Below, piece by piece: positions 7,170 through 15,381 of a stretch of 52,628 bases of DNA. Positions within the stretch are counted from its first letter, which is position 1. Each line of letters begins with the position of its first letter. The stretch is from Minisyncoccota bacterium. Its GTDB lineage: Bacteria; Patescibacteriota; Minisyncoccia; Phycocordibacterales; UBA918. Both the position numbers and the translations under genes were made by a program. The DNA is taken from contig DASUDI010000033.1 in the NCBI GenBank assembly GCA_036275695.1, positions 1-52,628 of the forward strand, in the 5' to 3' direction. Under the pieces are notes generated by a model. It ran no database searches. It had not been told where the DNA came from and worked only from the letters and a program-made list of their open reading frames with translations.

Positions 7170-9625
7170 TATTCAGTGGGCGGTGCCTCAACATCACTCT
7201 CCTTTGGTGGTGTATTTACGGGTGTTACTAGTGAAGTATCGGGTGGTATTGTTGTATTCACTTCACCTGATTGACCAGTTGACGGTGTTTGTTCTTGAAC
7301 TACCTGTTGTGGCTGAGTGCGTAGATTTGCGAGTGAACCTTGTGTAGTAAGTATTTCGATGAGGTTCGCGACTTCAGTATTATCAGGATTAAGTTCATAT
7401 ACTTTTTGTAATTGCGTGAGCGCATCCTGTGAACGACCCTTAATGTCATATGCCAACGCAAGTAGATAGCGAGCATTTGCATATTGTGGATCAAGTGTAA
7501 CCGCCGTTTCAAAGGCACTAATGGTGGCGTCTACATCATTACGCGCGCTTTCAAGGACGCCAAGTTGGTAATAACGAACTGGATTTTGTGGATCAAGCGC
7601 AATGGTTGCTTTTGCTGAATCAATCGCTTTTTCAATATCGCCCTTTGATATTTCCAATTGCGTGAGGAGGTAATATGCCTCAGTAAAATCAGGTTTGAGC
7701 GCTATCGCGTCGTTGATATATGAACGCGCTTTCTCATAATCCCCTTTACGCACCTCAACAACTGCTAATTCAAGGTGTGGCAATGGGTTTTTAGGATTGA
7801 GCTCACGATATTTAGTGAAAGCCTCAGTTGCAAGCTCGTGCGCACCCTCTATATTAAGTGATGCAAGTATACTATATACACCCGCAAGTACCGCCCAGTT
7901 TGCAGGATCCTGAGGATCGATACGTGTCGCCTCACGTGCAAAACGAACGCCATTTACCATCGCACTGTTAAACTCTTGTTTTTGTTCATCATTTGGTTCC
8001 TGCACTACCGAAAGTGTATTTAAACGTGCAAGCTGATACTCCGCGATGCGACGAGCAAACAAATCATTTGAAGCGAGTGAAAGCGCGCTCAACACCTCTC
8101 GCTCAAGCTCATCAATAGATTTTCCTGACTCCATACTCTGCACACTTCCATTAAACGTATACAATGAAGCATACTGACGAGTCGAAAGGTACATTATGGA
8201 TACTGAACCAATAATAACAATTACCACACCGAAAGTAAGCAGAAAGCCAAGTTGTCGATTGTTGCCAATAGAAATATATTTACCGCTCTCAGTGCTTAAT
8301 TCAGAAAATGCATGAATTGATATTCCGGTAAGAAGCGCTCCAAGGATAAGTACCACCATACCAGGAACGTAGGTAAATGACATACCCCATATATATGTTG
8401 CCCCCACAAATGATGATACAGCAATGAAGTACCAAACTTTATCTTGCTTTGTTGAACGCAGTAATCTTTGAAGACCGGTTATCACATAGACAAGCACAAA
8501 GAGTACCCATGATATTCCACCAAATACTCCCGTGGTTACGAAAAATGTGGGTATATAGCCACTTCCCGCATTGAAATCAGTATTCCAAAATGGAGTCGCA
8601 TTTATCGAAGGATCCTTGTGTAAACGCCACGCATCCACAAACTTATTTGGACCAATACCTAGAAATGCTTTATCGACATATACTCCACGCGCTATATCAG
8701 AAGTTGCTTCAAGTGTCGGTCGCACCTCAATGTAAGAAACATCAGTATACTGCGCGACCCACGCGCCTAAGGAAGCGCCACCAATAATAAAAAGAATCGA
8801 CACAGCAAATATGCCGAGTGACGTAAAAAGTGATACCGTATTAGTACTTTGCGTGCGAATAAGGGAAAGTTGCGCTCCTGCAAATCTCTCTTTTCCTAAT
8901 GAATACAAAACGAGTGCAAGACTTGTAAGCCCGATAACAATCCACACAAAAAAGAAGTTGATGACTGCCAAAAGTGTAACCGATAGCACGCTCACAAAAG
9001 CAAAAAACACCTTCCCGAGACGCGAGAGGGTAAGCTGTTCAAGGGCAACAAGTGAAAGAATAACCGTGAGACCTAAAAATAACGCGAGATCATTCCACGA
9101 ACCCAATGGCGATGAAGTAATATCGTTGAAGACACCAAATGACATGATATCAGCACCAGTGATAAGTCGTGTAATGTGATATACCGAAAGTACAACTGTA
9201 CTTAATGCAAGGAATAAAAATAAGCGCACCGTAATCGCTTTCGTGGGGCGTAATATAAGCCATGTCGTACTAATAAATGCAATCAACGCAACAAATACTG
9301 AAGAATGTATACTAAAATAATCACCCACAAATGAATCAAAAAAGTCACCTGACAGCATCGATGATGCAAAAGTAATGGCTGTAATCATCCACAACATCAC
9401 AAGCGGATATGAGATACCAATACGAAGAATACCCGTACGAAGCACCGAGAGACTAAAAAGTACTAACGCAACACACAGCGTGCCAATAACCAAAAGTGCC
9501 TTAGTATACTCAAAAGGAGCCTTGCTTATCGGCAAGAAAACAAGTGGTAAAAAACCGAACACCACCGCCAGCATATTGTATGCGACCGTGCGAAGTGAAA
9601 TATCAACTTTATCAATTTTTGGCAT
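7169..9625 (-). CDS. large membrane protein: O-antigen ligase/polymerase-like polytopic domain fused to C-terminal TPR repeats and a Pro/Thr-rich tail
   Basis: 818 aa. About 480 aa with at least 10 TM helices, then repeated TPR-like units (ARSYINDAIALKPDFTEAYYLLTQLEISKGDIEKAI...ALDPQNPVRYYQLG...). Its TAA stop overlaps the murJ ATG by 1 nt (TAATG). Confidence 0.65.
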   Translation of the reverse strand: MPKIDKVDISLRTVAYNMLAVVFGFLPLVFLPISKAPFEYTKALLVIGTLCVALVLFSLSVLRTGILRIGISYPLVMLWMITAITFASSMLSGDFFDSFVGDYFSIHSSVFVALIAFISTTWLILRPTKAITVRLFLFLALSTVVLSVYHITRLITGADIMSFGVFNDITSSPLGSWNDLALFLGLTVILSLVALEQLTLSRLGKVFFAFVSVLSVTLLAVINFFFVWIVIGLTSLALVLYSLGKERFAGAQLSLIRTQSTNTVSLFTSLGIFAVSILFIIGGASLGAWVAQYTDVSYIEVRPTLEATSDIARGVYVDKAFLGIGPNKFVDAWRLHKDPSINATPFWNTDFNAGSGYIPTFFVTTGVFGGISWVLFVLVYVITGLQRLLRSTKQDKVWYFIAVSSFVGATYIWGMSFTYVPGMVVLILGALLTGISIHAFSELSTESGKYISIGNNRQLGFLLTFGVVIVIIGSVSIMYLSTRQYASLYTFNGSVQSMESGKSIDELEREVLSALSLASNDLFARRIAEYQLARLNTLSVVQEPNDEQKQEFNSAMVNGVRFAREATRIDPQDPANWAVLAGVYSILASLNIEGAHELATEAFTKYRELNPKNPLPHLELAVVEVRKGDYEKARSYINDAIALKPDFTEAYYLLTQLEISKGDIEKAIDSAKATIALDPQNPVRYYQLGVLESARNDVDATISAFETAVTLDPQYANARYLLALAYDIKGRSQDALTQLQKVYELNPDNTEVANLIEILTTQGSLANLRTQPQQVVQEQTPSTGQSGEVNTTIPPDTSLVTPVNTPPKESDVEAPPTE

Positions 9626-9694
9626 ATATATTATTAAAAATTATTTTTGCAATTAAAACATGTCGCTGACAGTAATTTGGTCCATCATAACATA

Positions 9695-9725
9695 CAAACA
9701 GACACCCGAAATGGGTGTCTGTTTG
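9695..9725 (-). terminator. hairpin terminator downstream of RNase P RNA
   Basis: 13-bp perfect stem caaacagacaccc / gggtgtctgtttg with loop gaaat. A U-rich tail follows on the minus strand. Confidence 0.6.
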
Positions 9726-9726
9726 T

Positions 9727-10120
9727 ACGTCTATAAGCCGAATTCTGTGCCCATGAAGACATGGGTATGATCATTTACCTAGGTGTGCAGTTACCTACAC
9801 ACTCATGCAGTTCTTTACAGGAAACATAAATATATTTTTGTTACCCGCAACACGACCTTGCACGCAGGTAAGGATTTGGCCGTTTCACTTTTATGTCACC
9901 ATAAAACTCATCTCACATGTGTGAGATGCCCTTTCCTTTCGAAAAAAGGCGTCTCTGCTCGCACCTCGTGGATTACTCCAGACGGGAGTTACCCGCTACC
10001 CTGCTCCTAGTGCCATCTTTGCTTACATGAACGGTGTTTGCATAATCTCTACTATAAACAAAGATGACACTAGGACGTGTTCGGACTTTCCTCTCTACGT
10101 ATTCACATAGAGCGATCATC
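9727..10120 (-). ncRNA. rnpB: RNase P RNA (bacterial type), 5' boundary approximate
   Basis: The minus strand reads ...AGAGAGGAAAGUCCGAACAC... (universal P4 5' strand, 10081-10093) and ...CCCAUGUCUUCAUGGGCACAGAAUUCGGCUUAUAG (P18-like hairpin plus P4 3' strand ACAGAAnnCGGCUUA, 9731-9770). Also present are a GUGAAAC element, a long helix CCUAGUGUCAUCUUUG/CAAAGAUGGCACUAGG and a hairpin CAUCUCACA-CAU-GUGAGAUG. Confidence 0.85.
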
Positions 10121-10156
10121 AACGTCCTTGAATTATATCACAATATAACTCTTATA

Positions 10157-10639
10157 TCAATCTATATAAAGTTCGACCTTAAGCCCCTCTCGTATATTAA
10201 AGGTGTCAGAAAAATGTATTCCTGTTTCTATGAGATACTTTGCTGGTCTTGGAGGTCTAAACTTTTCAGGATACGTACTTGGAAGTACATTTTTTTGAAT
10301 TGATATGACCTTTAAATTTTCATCAATCCAGACAAGGTCAATCGGAAAAAGCATATCTTTCATCCAAATCTCAGGGTATCCTGCATTAGGAAAGATAAAA
10401 AGCATTCCATCATATTTTCCTAGATCTTCACGTCCTGAAAGTCCGCTCACTCTACTCTCTGTGGTTGACGCAATCTCAACCTCAAGAAGTACCTCGCCAA
10501 TTTTGACTGCTGAAACATTCGGTATAAAAAAATCTTTTATTGAAATGGCATCGCGCTGCGTGTACAAAAGTGCGATAAGTACAACACTGCCGATAATTAT
10601 CAGTACTGTTTGTATTTTATTTAAAATAAATCCTACCAT
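10157..10639 (-). CDS. DUF192 domain protein, membrane anchored
   Basis: Motifs EVEIASTTESRVSGLSGRE...GMLFIFP...WMKDMLFPIDLVWID...YLIE are typical of DUF192. I place the start at the ATG at 10639 (MVGFILNK...), which overlaps the upstream stop by 7 nt. The track's longer N-terminus runs through the upstream gene. Confidence 0.8.
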   Translation of the reverse strand: MVGFILNKIQTVLIIIGSVVLIALLYTQRDAISIKDFFIPNVSAVKIGEVLLEVEIASTTESRVSGLSGREDLGKYDGMLFIFPNAGYPEIWMKDMLFPIDLVWIDENLKVISIQKNVLPSTYPEKFRPPRPAKYLIETGIHFSDTFNIREGLKVELYID

Positions 10640-11046
10640 GGCCAAAATGTAATTATTGATAATCCACCGTATATACTTATTAGCGCGTAGCCACTTTGTA
10701 CAAAAACGTATGTATATGGACGACTCTCCCAAATCGCAGCCTGCACATATGAAAAACAAACACACAGAGTAATTATCCCTCCGAGAACTCCAAGTGAAAG
10801 CGTCTCTTTTGTCACATACATCAAAAACGCAAGTGTGAGGAAGAATATGTACTGTACCATTACGCCTTTTATAATGGCGCGTACCATTTCTTTTGATGAA
10901 AGTACATCGCTGCCTACACTATTCCCCAATGAAGCAAGCCATATATTTCCAAATGCAACAGGCGAATACCAAACACTTCCTACCGCAACCGCCATAAGCG
11001 CGCTTACGAGTACAGAGACCTCGTTGATATATTCAAACATACACAT
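10633..11046 (-). CDS. DUF1761-like membrane protein
   Basis: 137 aa with 4 TM helices. N-terminal LVSALMAVAVGSVWYSPVAFGNIWLASLG resembles the DUF1761 signature. Confidence 0.6.
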   Translation of the reverse strand: MCMFEYINEVSVLVSALMAVAVGSVWYSPVAFGNIWLASLGNSVGSDVLSSKEMVRAIIKGVMVQYIFFLTLAFLMYVTKETLSLGVLGGIITLCVCFSYVQAAIWESRPYTYVFVQSGYALISIYGGLSIITFWPW

Positions 11047-11104
11047 TCAATGGTAACATACACGTGAGTTAGGCATGCGCGCCTGAGGTGTACAGCAAAT
11101 TGGA

Positions 11105-11764
11105 CTACCTGATGTGTCGTAGTCGCCTTCGAAGAAGCCACCCCACTATCACCGCCCCTACGAGTAAGGGTATAAATATAAATGGAGACTGAATGATTGA
11201 AATTTGAGATTTTCCAAAAAACTCTTTCACGCCCGCAATTCTCCGAATGAGTTCAATGTAACCAAGCACCACCTCTTCTCGCTTACCAATCACCAATACG
11301 TACTTTTCTTTATTATCCGCAGAATGAACCTCAACACGGTATGTTCCTGCGGGGAGTTCTTTTTCAAATTGAGGACCATGGCGATACGTATCACCACCAA
11401 AAAACTCGTATGCCGCTTCCCATGAAGCATCTTTTGCCTGCAATCGCGCAATCTCTTCAACACGTCCACCCGCTTGGGGTAATTTTATAATAATTCCAGA
11501 CGGTGTATTGGTCTGACCCTCAATGTCTGGCACCAAAATTTCGGTATATAAGGTAAACGGCTCGCGTGCAATAATTTCATAGGTGTGCGGGAAATTATTG
11601 AGTGTGCCATAGAATGCTTGTGAAAGTAATGGGTCATCAACCCGTATCACATCATCAACATTTTTTTGATTCATGATCATCGGCGTATGCGCATACGTAA
11701 TCATCACACCGCCACACACATACACAAAAATAGGTACCGCAATAAATCTCAGGAATTTTCTCAT
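11105..11764 (-). CDS. hypothetical exported protein with C-terminal membrane anchor
   Basis: 219 aa. N-terminal signal-like helix, C-terminal TM plus a basic tail (LLRRRLRHIR). ATGA overlap with the upstream gene. Confidence 0.6.
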   Translation of the reverse strand: MRKFLRFIAVPIFVYVCGGVMITYAHTPMIMNQKNVDDVIRVDDPLLSQAFYGTLNNFPHTYEIIAREPFTLYTEILVPDIEGQTNTPSGIIIKLPQAGGRVEEIARLQAKDASWEAAYEFFGGDTYRHGPQFEKELPAGTYRVEVHSADNKEKYVLVIGKREEVVLGYIELIRRIAGVKEFFGKSQISIIQSPFIFIPLLVGAVIVGWLLRRRLRHIR

Positions 11765-12276
11765 ATTTCAATATTACCAGCGTAAAAAACATCAAAAAAG
11801 TCTTGAAGTGTATCAAACAACACATCTCCATCAAGTGACTGCTCGCACGAATCAAAATGATACATTTCACCACGCGAAAGGATATCGTATTGGAAGGCAA
11901 TACCGTCAGAAATAACGGGGCACTCGCCGTCAAAAGGTTTGTGTGCATCTGTCTTTAATTGCCCAATCGCATCCCGTAAATCTGCCATCTCAACCTTCGT
12001 AACACTACCCTGTTTTTGTGCAAATGTGCCCTGCTCATCAATGTAACGATAGGTATACGTTCCATCATTTTTAATGCGATATTGTGGACAAGCGTTACCG
12101 GCCATAGCACATCCTCCGTACATACGCGCGGTAATCTCGATCCCCGTAGCAGACGCCTCGATACTATCCCCACCACCCTCTCCTGTATGCACCGTAAGAT
12201 ATGTTATCCCCCCAGTCACCATTCCAAAAAAAAATGTTGTGGCAAACAGAATGTAAATATGTCGAGTCATACTCAC
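11761..12276 (-). CDS. hypothetical membrane-anchored protein (Cys-containing extracytoplasmic domain)
   Basis: 171 aa. N-terminal TM (IYILFATTFFFGMVTGGITYL). No family recognised. Confidence 0.55.
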   Translation of the reverse strand: MSMTRHIYILFATTFFFGMVTGGITYLTVHTGEGGGDSIEASATGIEITARMYGGCAMAGNACPQYRIKNDGTYTYRYIDEQGTFAQKQGSVTKVEMADLRDAIGQLKTDAHKPFDGECPVISDGIAFQYDILSRGEMYHFDSCEQSLDGDVLFDTLQDFFDVFYAGNIEI

Positions 12277-12341
12277 ATAAGCATAACGCGTTTTATTTTT
12301 TATACAAATGCGTTACTATACTTCCTGCGCTTATGCGCCAC

Positions 12342-12428
12342 GGAGAGGTGGCAGAGTGGTTTAATGCACCACCTTGGAAAGGTGGCATACGGGAAACCGT
12401 ATCGCGGGTTCAAATCCCGCCCTCTCCG
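12342..12428 (+). tRNA. tRNA-Ser (anticodon GGA)
   Basis: Acceptor GGAGAGG/CCTCTCC; anticodon stem CCACC/GGTGG with loop TTGGAAA; long variable arm ATACGG-GAAA-CCGTAT; T arm GCGGG-TTCAAAT-CCCGC; discriminator G. Confidence 0.95.
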
Positions 12429-12527
12429 CAATTTTTGCACCTTTTTTAAAACTAATTCCTTGTCAGGATATGATTGTAGAAATCGATAATAATACCGCAT
12501 GATGCGCATAAAATGCACAAGGCAGAT

Positions 12528-14564
12528 TTATGACATAAACCCTATTGGGACAATCTCTACGGTAGTGGTGTCGATACCACTTGGACAATTTAGGGTAAAT
12601 TTAGTTTGCGCATATATCCTAACTGGAATACTTCCATTTGATAAAACGTTTTGATTTAGAGTACCGCCACTCAGAGTACAGCTTATTGCGGCAGGTTCAG
12701 GTACCTCATAATTTAACATTACTTCCCCACCAATTTCTGAAATACGTTTATTTGCAGTGAGAGTGGGAATTCCACCATTAGAAGTTGTTTCTATGCTTAC
12801 TGTTCCAGTAATTTTTGGAGTGCCATCTTTTGAACATAATACAGTGTAAGCAAACGACCCAACGGTATTTGCTGAAACAATATCATCGCTACCTGCGATA
12901 TTATCCGATGTCTCAAAACCTGTACCACTACCTACGCATACATCAACATTGGTTGCATTCCATTTAGCTTTGAGTGGCATATTCATTGCGACCACCTTAC
13001 TACCACTATTACTTAAAACACATCCACTAATAGCATCACTATCACAAACTTCAAAACTGAGTGTTGGAGGAGAGCCAACGGTTATTGAGTGCTGGGTACA
13101 GTTAGGTAACTCCTTTGTCCCCTCATCAATTTCATTGTACGAATCGACACAATGTTGCAATATAAGCGAACCTGGCATCGTGGGTACAAAACTAACTAAG
13201 TCTTCCTTAACATCATCAACCGCCAGTCCGTCATGCGTACTAAATGGATTAATATTTACCCATGAATTACCATTATCTATGCTAAAAGAAAAATTATCAG
13301 AAAATGCACCTGCGGGTGTTCTACCTATATTTTTTACTGACGCACGTAAAGTAACAGTTGAATCTTGTGTGGGTGAACCGATACTAGTTACATCAAATAT
13401 TGAAACTAAATCAGGTTTCAAATCACATCCAGTTGTAGTTGTGTATACACCAATGCCACCAGAACTATCTACTGAAACAGCTACGAGTTTTGAAAAATCT
13501 GTTGTGGATTGTGGTTCGACACCCCAAATTTGAGCTGTACTGGGTAGGGGTGGCTTTAGTATTTGGTAAAGTCTTCGGGGATTAACTGGATCGCTCACAT
13601 CGTATACATATATTCCTCCATCTCCACCACTCACATACATAATATCACTCTCAATATGCAATTCTCGTGGGGAACCACCACCGGGAACTGATATGGTGTT
13701 GATTAGAACAGGTGTCGTGGGATTACTAATATCATAATAACTTATTCGTTCCTGAAAATGATCTGCGACAAATAGAACACTATTTTTTACAGAAACACCA
13801 TAGGCAAATGTATTAATATCATAGCCAGTCGTTACTCGTGCAACTTCAGTTGGAATTAAAGGATTTGAAATATCAACTATTGAAAATCCATTCCTTCGCA
13901 TAGCAACATATGCATAATTTCCTGTTACTTCTATATCATGAGATATGACAGCACCGAGGTTTTTATTTACTACCATCACTGGGTTTGCCTTATCGGTAAT
14001 ATCAACAACAACAAGACCGCCCCCTGCTGCAAGATACGCATACGATCCAATAACTTTTACATCCCATGTTTCTTTTGATGTAATTGATTTAAGTGGTAAT
14101 TTCCCCACAAAAGTTGGTAGCGCTGGATTTGACACGTCTACAATAACTAACCCTCCTTGATATGTAGTGAGATATGCATAATTACCTACCACATCTAAGC
14201 CCACAACATCATTGCCCCACGTATTGTTCCTAACCTCAGCCGGACTATAACTAGAAAAAAATGAAACCTGAACAATGTTACTAGGATCTGAGATGTCATA
14301 AATATACAATCCTTCAGATGTATCTGACCCTGAAGCACCTGCATAGAGCAAATTACCAACACGTTTAAGTGCCTGTGGAGTAGCAAAAGATGTTCCAGAC
14401 CACGCAGTTTCAGTATCATTTATCACAGCAGTATTTGCGTCGCACACAAACTCTGATGGTGACTGAGCAAAGCTAAACGACACATTAGTAAAAGTAAACA
14501 CTATTAACACCAGAAAAAATGTGTAGGAACTATGAATTTGGACCAATCTAATAGTTGTATACAT
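12528..14564 (-). CDS. secreted LVIVD-repeat beta-propeller surface protein with C-terminal Ig/CARDB-like region
   Basis: Repeats GGLVIVDVSNPALPTFVG, GGLVVVDITDKANPVMV, GFSIVDISNPLIPTEV, ISYYDISNPTTPVLI and IYVYDVSDPVNPRRL. Signal peptide MYTTIRLVQIHSSYTFFLVLIVFTFTNVSFSFAQS begins at the ATG at 14564. The track ORF extends to 14615. Confidence 0.8.
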   Translation of the reverse strand: MYTTIRLVQIHSSYTFFLVLIVFTFTNVSFSFAQSPSEFVCDANTAVINDTETAWSGTSFATPQALKRVGNLLYAGASGSDTSEGLYIYDISDPSNIVQVSFFSSYSPAEVRNNTWGNDVVGLDVVGNYAYLTTYQGGLVIVDVSNPALPTFVGKLPLKSITSKETWDVKVIGSYAYLAAGGGLVVVDITDKANPVMVVNKNLGAVISHDIEVTGNYAYVAMRRNGFSIVDISNPLIPTEVARVTTGYDINTFAYGVSVKNSVLFVADHFQERISYYDISNPTTPVLINTISVPGGGSPRELHIESDIMYVSGGDGGIYVYDVSDPVNPRRLYQILKPPLPSTAQIWGVEPQSTTDFSKLVAVSVDSSGGIGVYTTTTGCDLKPDLVSIFDVTSIGSPTQDSTVTLRASVKNIGRTPAGAFSDNFSFSIDNGNSWVNINPFSTHDGLAVDDVKEDLVSFVPTMPGSLILQHCVDSYNEIDEGTKELPNCTQHSITVGSPPTLSFEVCDSDAISGCVLSNSGSKVVAMNMPLKAKWNATNVDVCVGSGTGFETSDNIAGSDDIVSANTVGSFAYTVLCSKDGTPKITGTVSIETTSNGGIPTLTANKRISEIGGEVMLNYEVPEPAAISCTLSGGTLNQNVLSNGSIPVRIYAQTKFTLNCPSGIDTTTVEIVPIGFMS

Positions 14565-14576
14565 ATATATATATAT
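14563..14576. repeat. (TA)7 dinucleotide microsatellite at the start codon of the LVIVD gene
   Basis: The plus strand reads atatatatatatat (14563-14576). On the minus strand it lies immediately 5' of, and overlaps, the ATG at 14564. An A9/T9 tract lies at 14630-14638 in the same upstream region. Confidence 0.9.
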
Positions 14577-14716
14577 TACACCTTCTGTGCTCGCCCGCAC
14601 ATACATAATATCCACAAAATAACTATCTTAAAAAAAAATCAGTATCAGATGGCAGAATATACAACCTCATTCGCGGCAAACCACAGGAAACTAGGTGTTT
14701 ATGATCATGGTGAGTA

Positions 14717-14745
14717 TAAAAAAAGCCCCCTACTGGATAGGGGGC
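14717..14745 (-). terminator. Rho-independent terminator of gene 14797..15300
   Basis: Stem gcccccta / tagggggc with loop ctgga, followed on the minus strand by a run of 8 T. Confidence 0.75.
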
Positions 14746-14796
14746 GAAAGTCTTGCGTACAGTTTTGATATGAGTCATGTTTAGTTATTCTCATAC

Positions 14797-15300
14797 TCAC
14801 GCGCGCAACTCGCGCTTGCGCTTTTTCCACAGTGCGTTACTTGTCCTTCGCTGAAACCGACCGTTTGTAAGCATGCGACTTTTTGATTGGCAAGACTTTC
14901 TCAAAAGTCCTTGTGTATCGATATTCTCTCGATACACCCATTCAACATAGGAGAGAATCTGCCAATGTAATACTTCGCTGGGTTGATTCATGCTCAAAAC
15001 ACACAAACCACGTTTGATTTTATGTGCGTACTGTGTCTCGAACATGGAAGCGCCACTGTCAGAACTCTTGATTTGGAAAAGGCAAACAAACTTTTTCATT
15101 TCAGGCAGTGCTTGAAATTTCACAATGAAATCGATTTGATTTATGTCAGAGTTTCTCGTTCTGTTGCTCGTGCTTGTTTGTTGAATCGCAACTAACTGGT
15201 AACCTCCACTATCTGAAGGATATACCTGCCTGAGTATTAATTTAAAACCATGTTCTGACATTCTCCCCCTTTTCTGCGGGTCATCCTGAGCCTTACTCAT
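14797..15300 (-). CDS. hypothetical protein, possible PD-(D/E)xK nuclease-fold core with strongly basic C-terminal tail
   Basis: I place the start at the ATG at 15300, which has a GGAGG 7 nt upstream (the track starts at a TTG at 15333). The order SEHGFKLIL ... QIDFIV ... CLFQIKSS fits an E...D...QxK pattern. The tail is RRTSNALWKKRKRELRA. The functional call is weak. Confidence 0.6.
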   Translation of the reverse strand: MSKAQDDPQKRGRMSEHGFKLILRQVYPSDSGGYQLVAIQQTSTSNRTRNSDINQIDFIVKFQALPEMKKFVCLFQIKSSDSGASMFETQYAHKIKRGLCVLSMNQPSEVLHWQILSYVEWVYRENIDTQGLLRKSCQSKSRMLTNGRFQRRTSNALWKKRKRELRA

Positions 15301-15381
15301 TGCGACACCTCCATATCTATATTTTCCTAGCAAACTATACCTACGATTTAAAATCCGTCAAGACATTGTTTCGTACATCCT

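Noticed and set aside
9783-10303. Track ORFs 9783..10010 (+) and 10064..10303 (+) in the gap upstream of the TPR membrane protein
   Set aside because: They lie inside or across the RNase P RNA gene on the opposite strand (P4 strands at 10081-10093 and about 9731-9750). Their translations are low-complexity, and no RBS or family signal is visible.
10640-10765. N-terminal extensions in the ORF track, e.g. 10157..10765, 28630..29685, 31830..32366, 35638..36483, 42580..45099, 16663..17274 and 18782..19426
   Set aside because: The extensions overlap the upstream gene or a terminator. Internal ATGs give canonical N-termini, signal peptides or ATGA/SD contexts, so I used the shorter coordinates.
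12016-12518. ORFs 12016..12489, 12201..12449 (+) and 12300..12518 (-)
   Set aside because: They overlap tRNA-Ser and the antisense strand of gene 11761..12276. No coding features are visible.
14532-14768. ORF 14532..14768 (+)
   Set aside because: It starts antisense inside the LVIVD gene leader, crosses the (TA)7 and A9 tracts, and runs through the terminator hairpin at 14717-14745.
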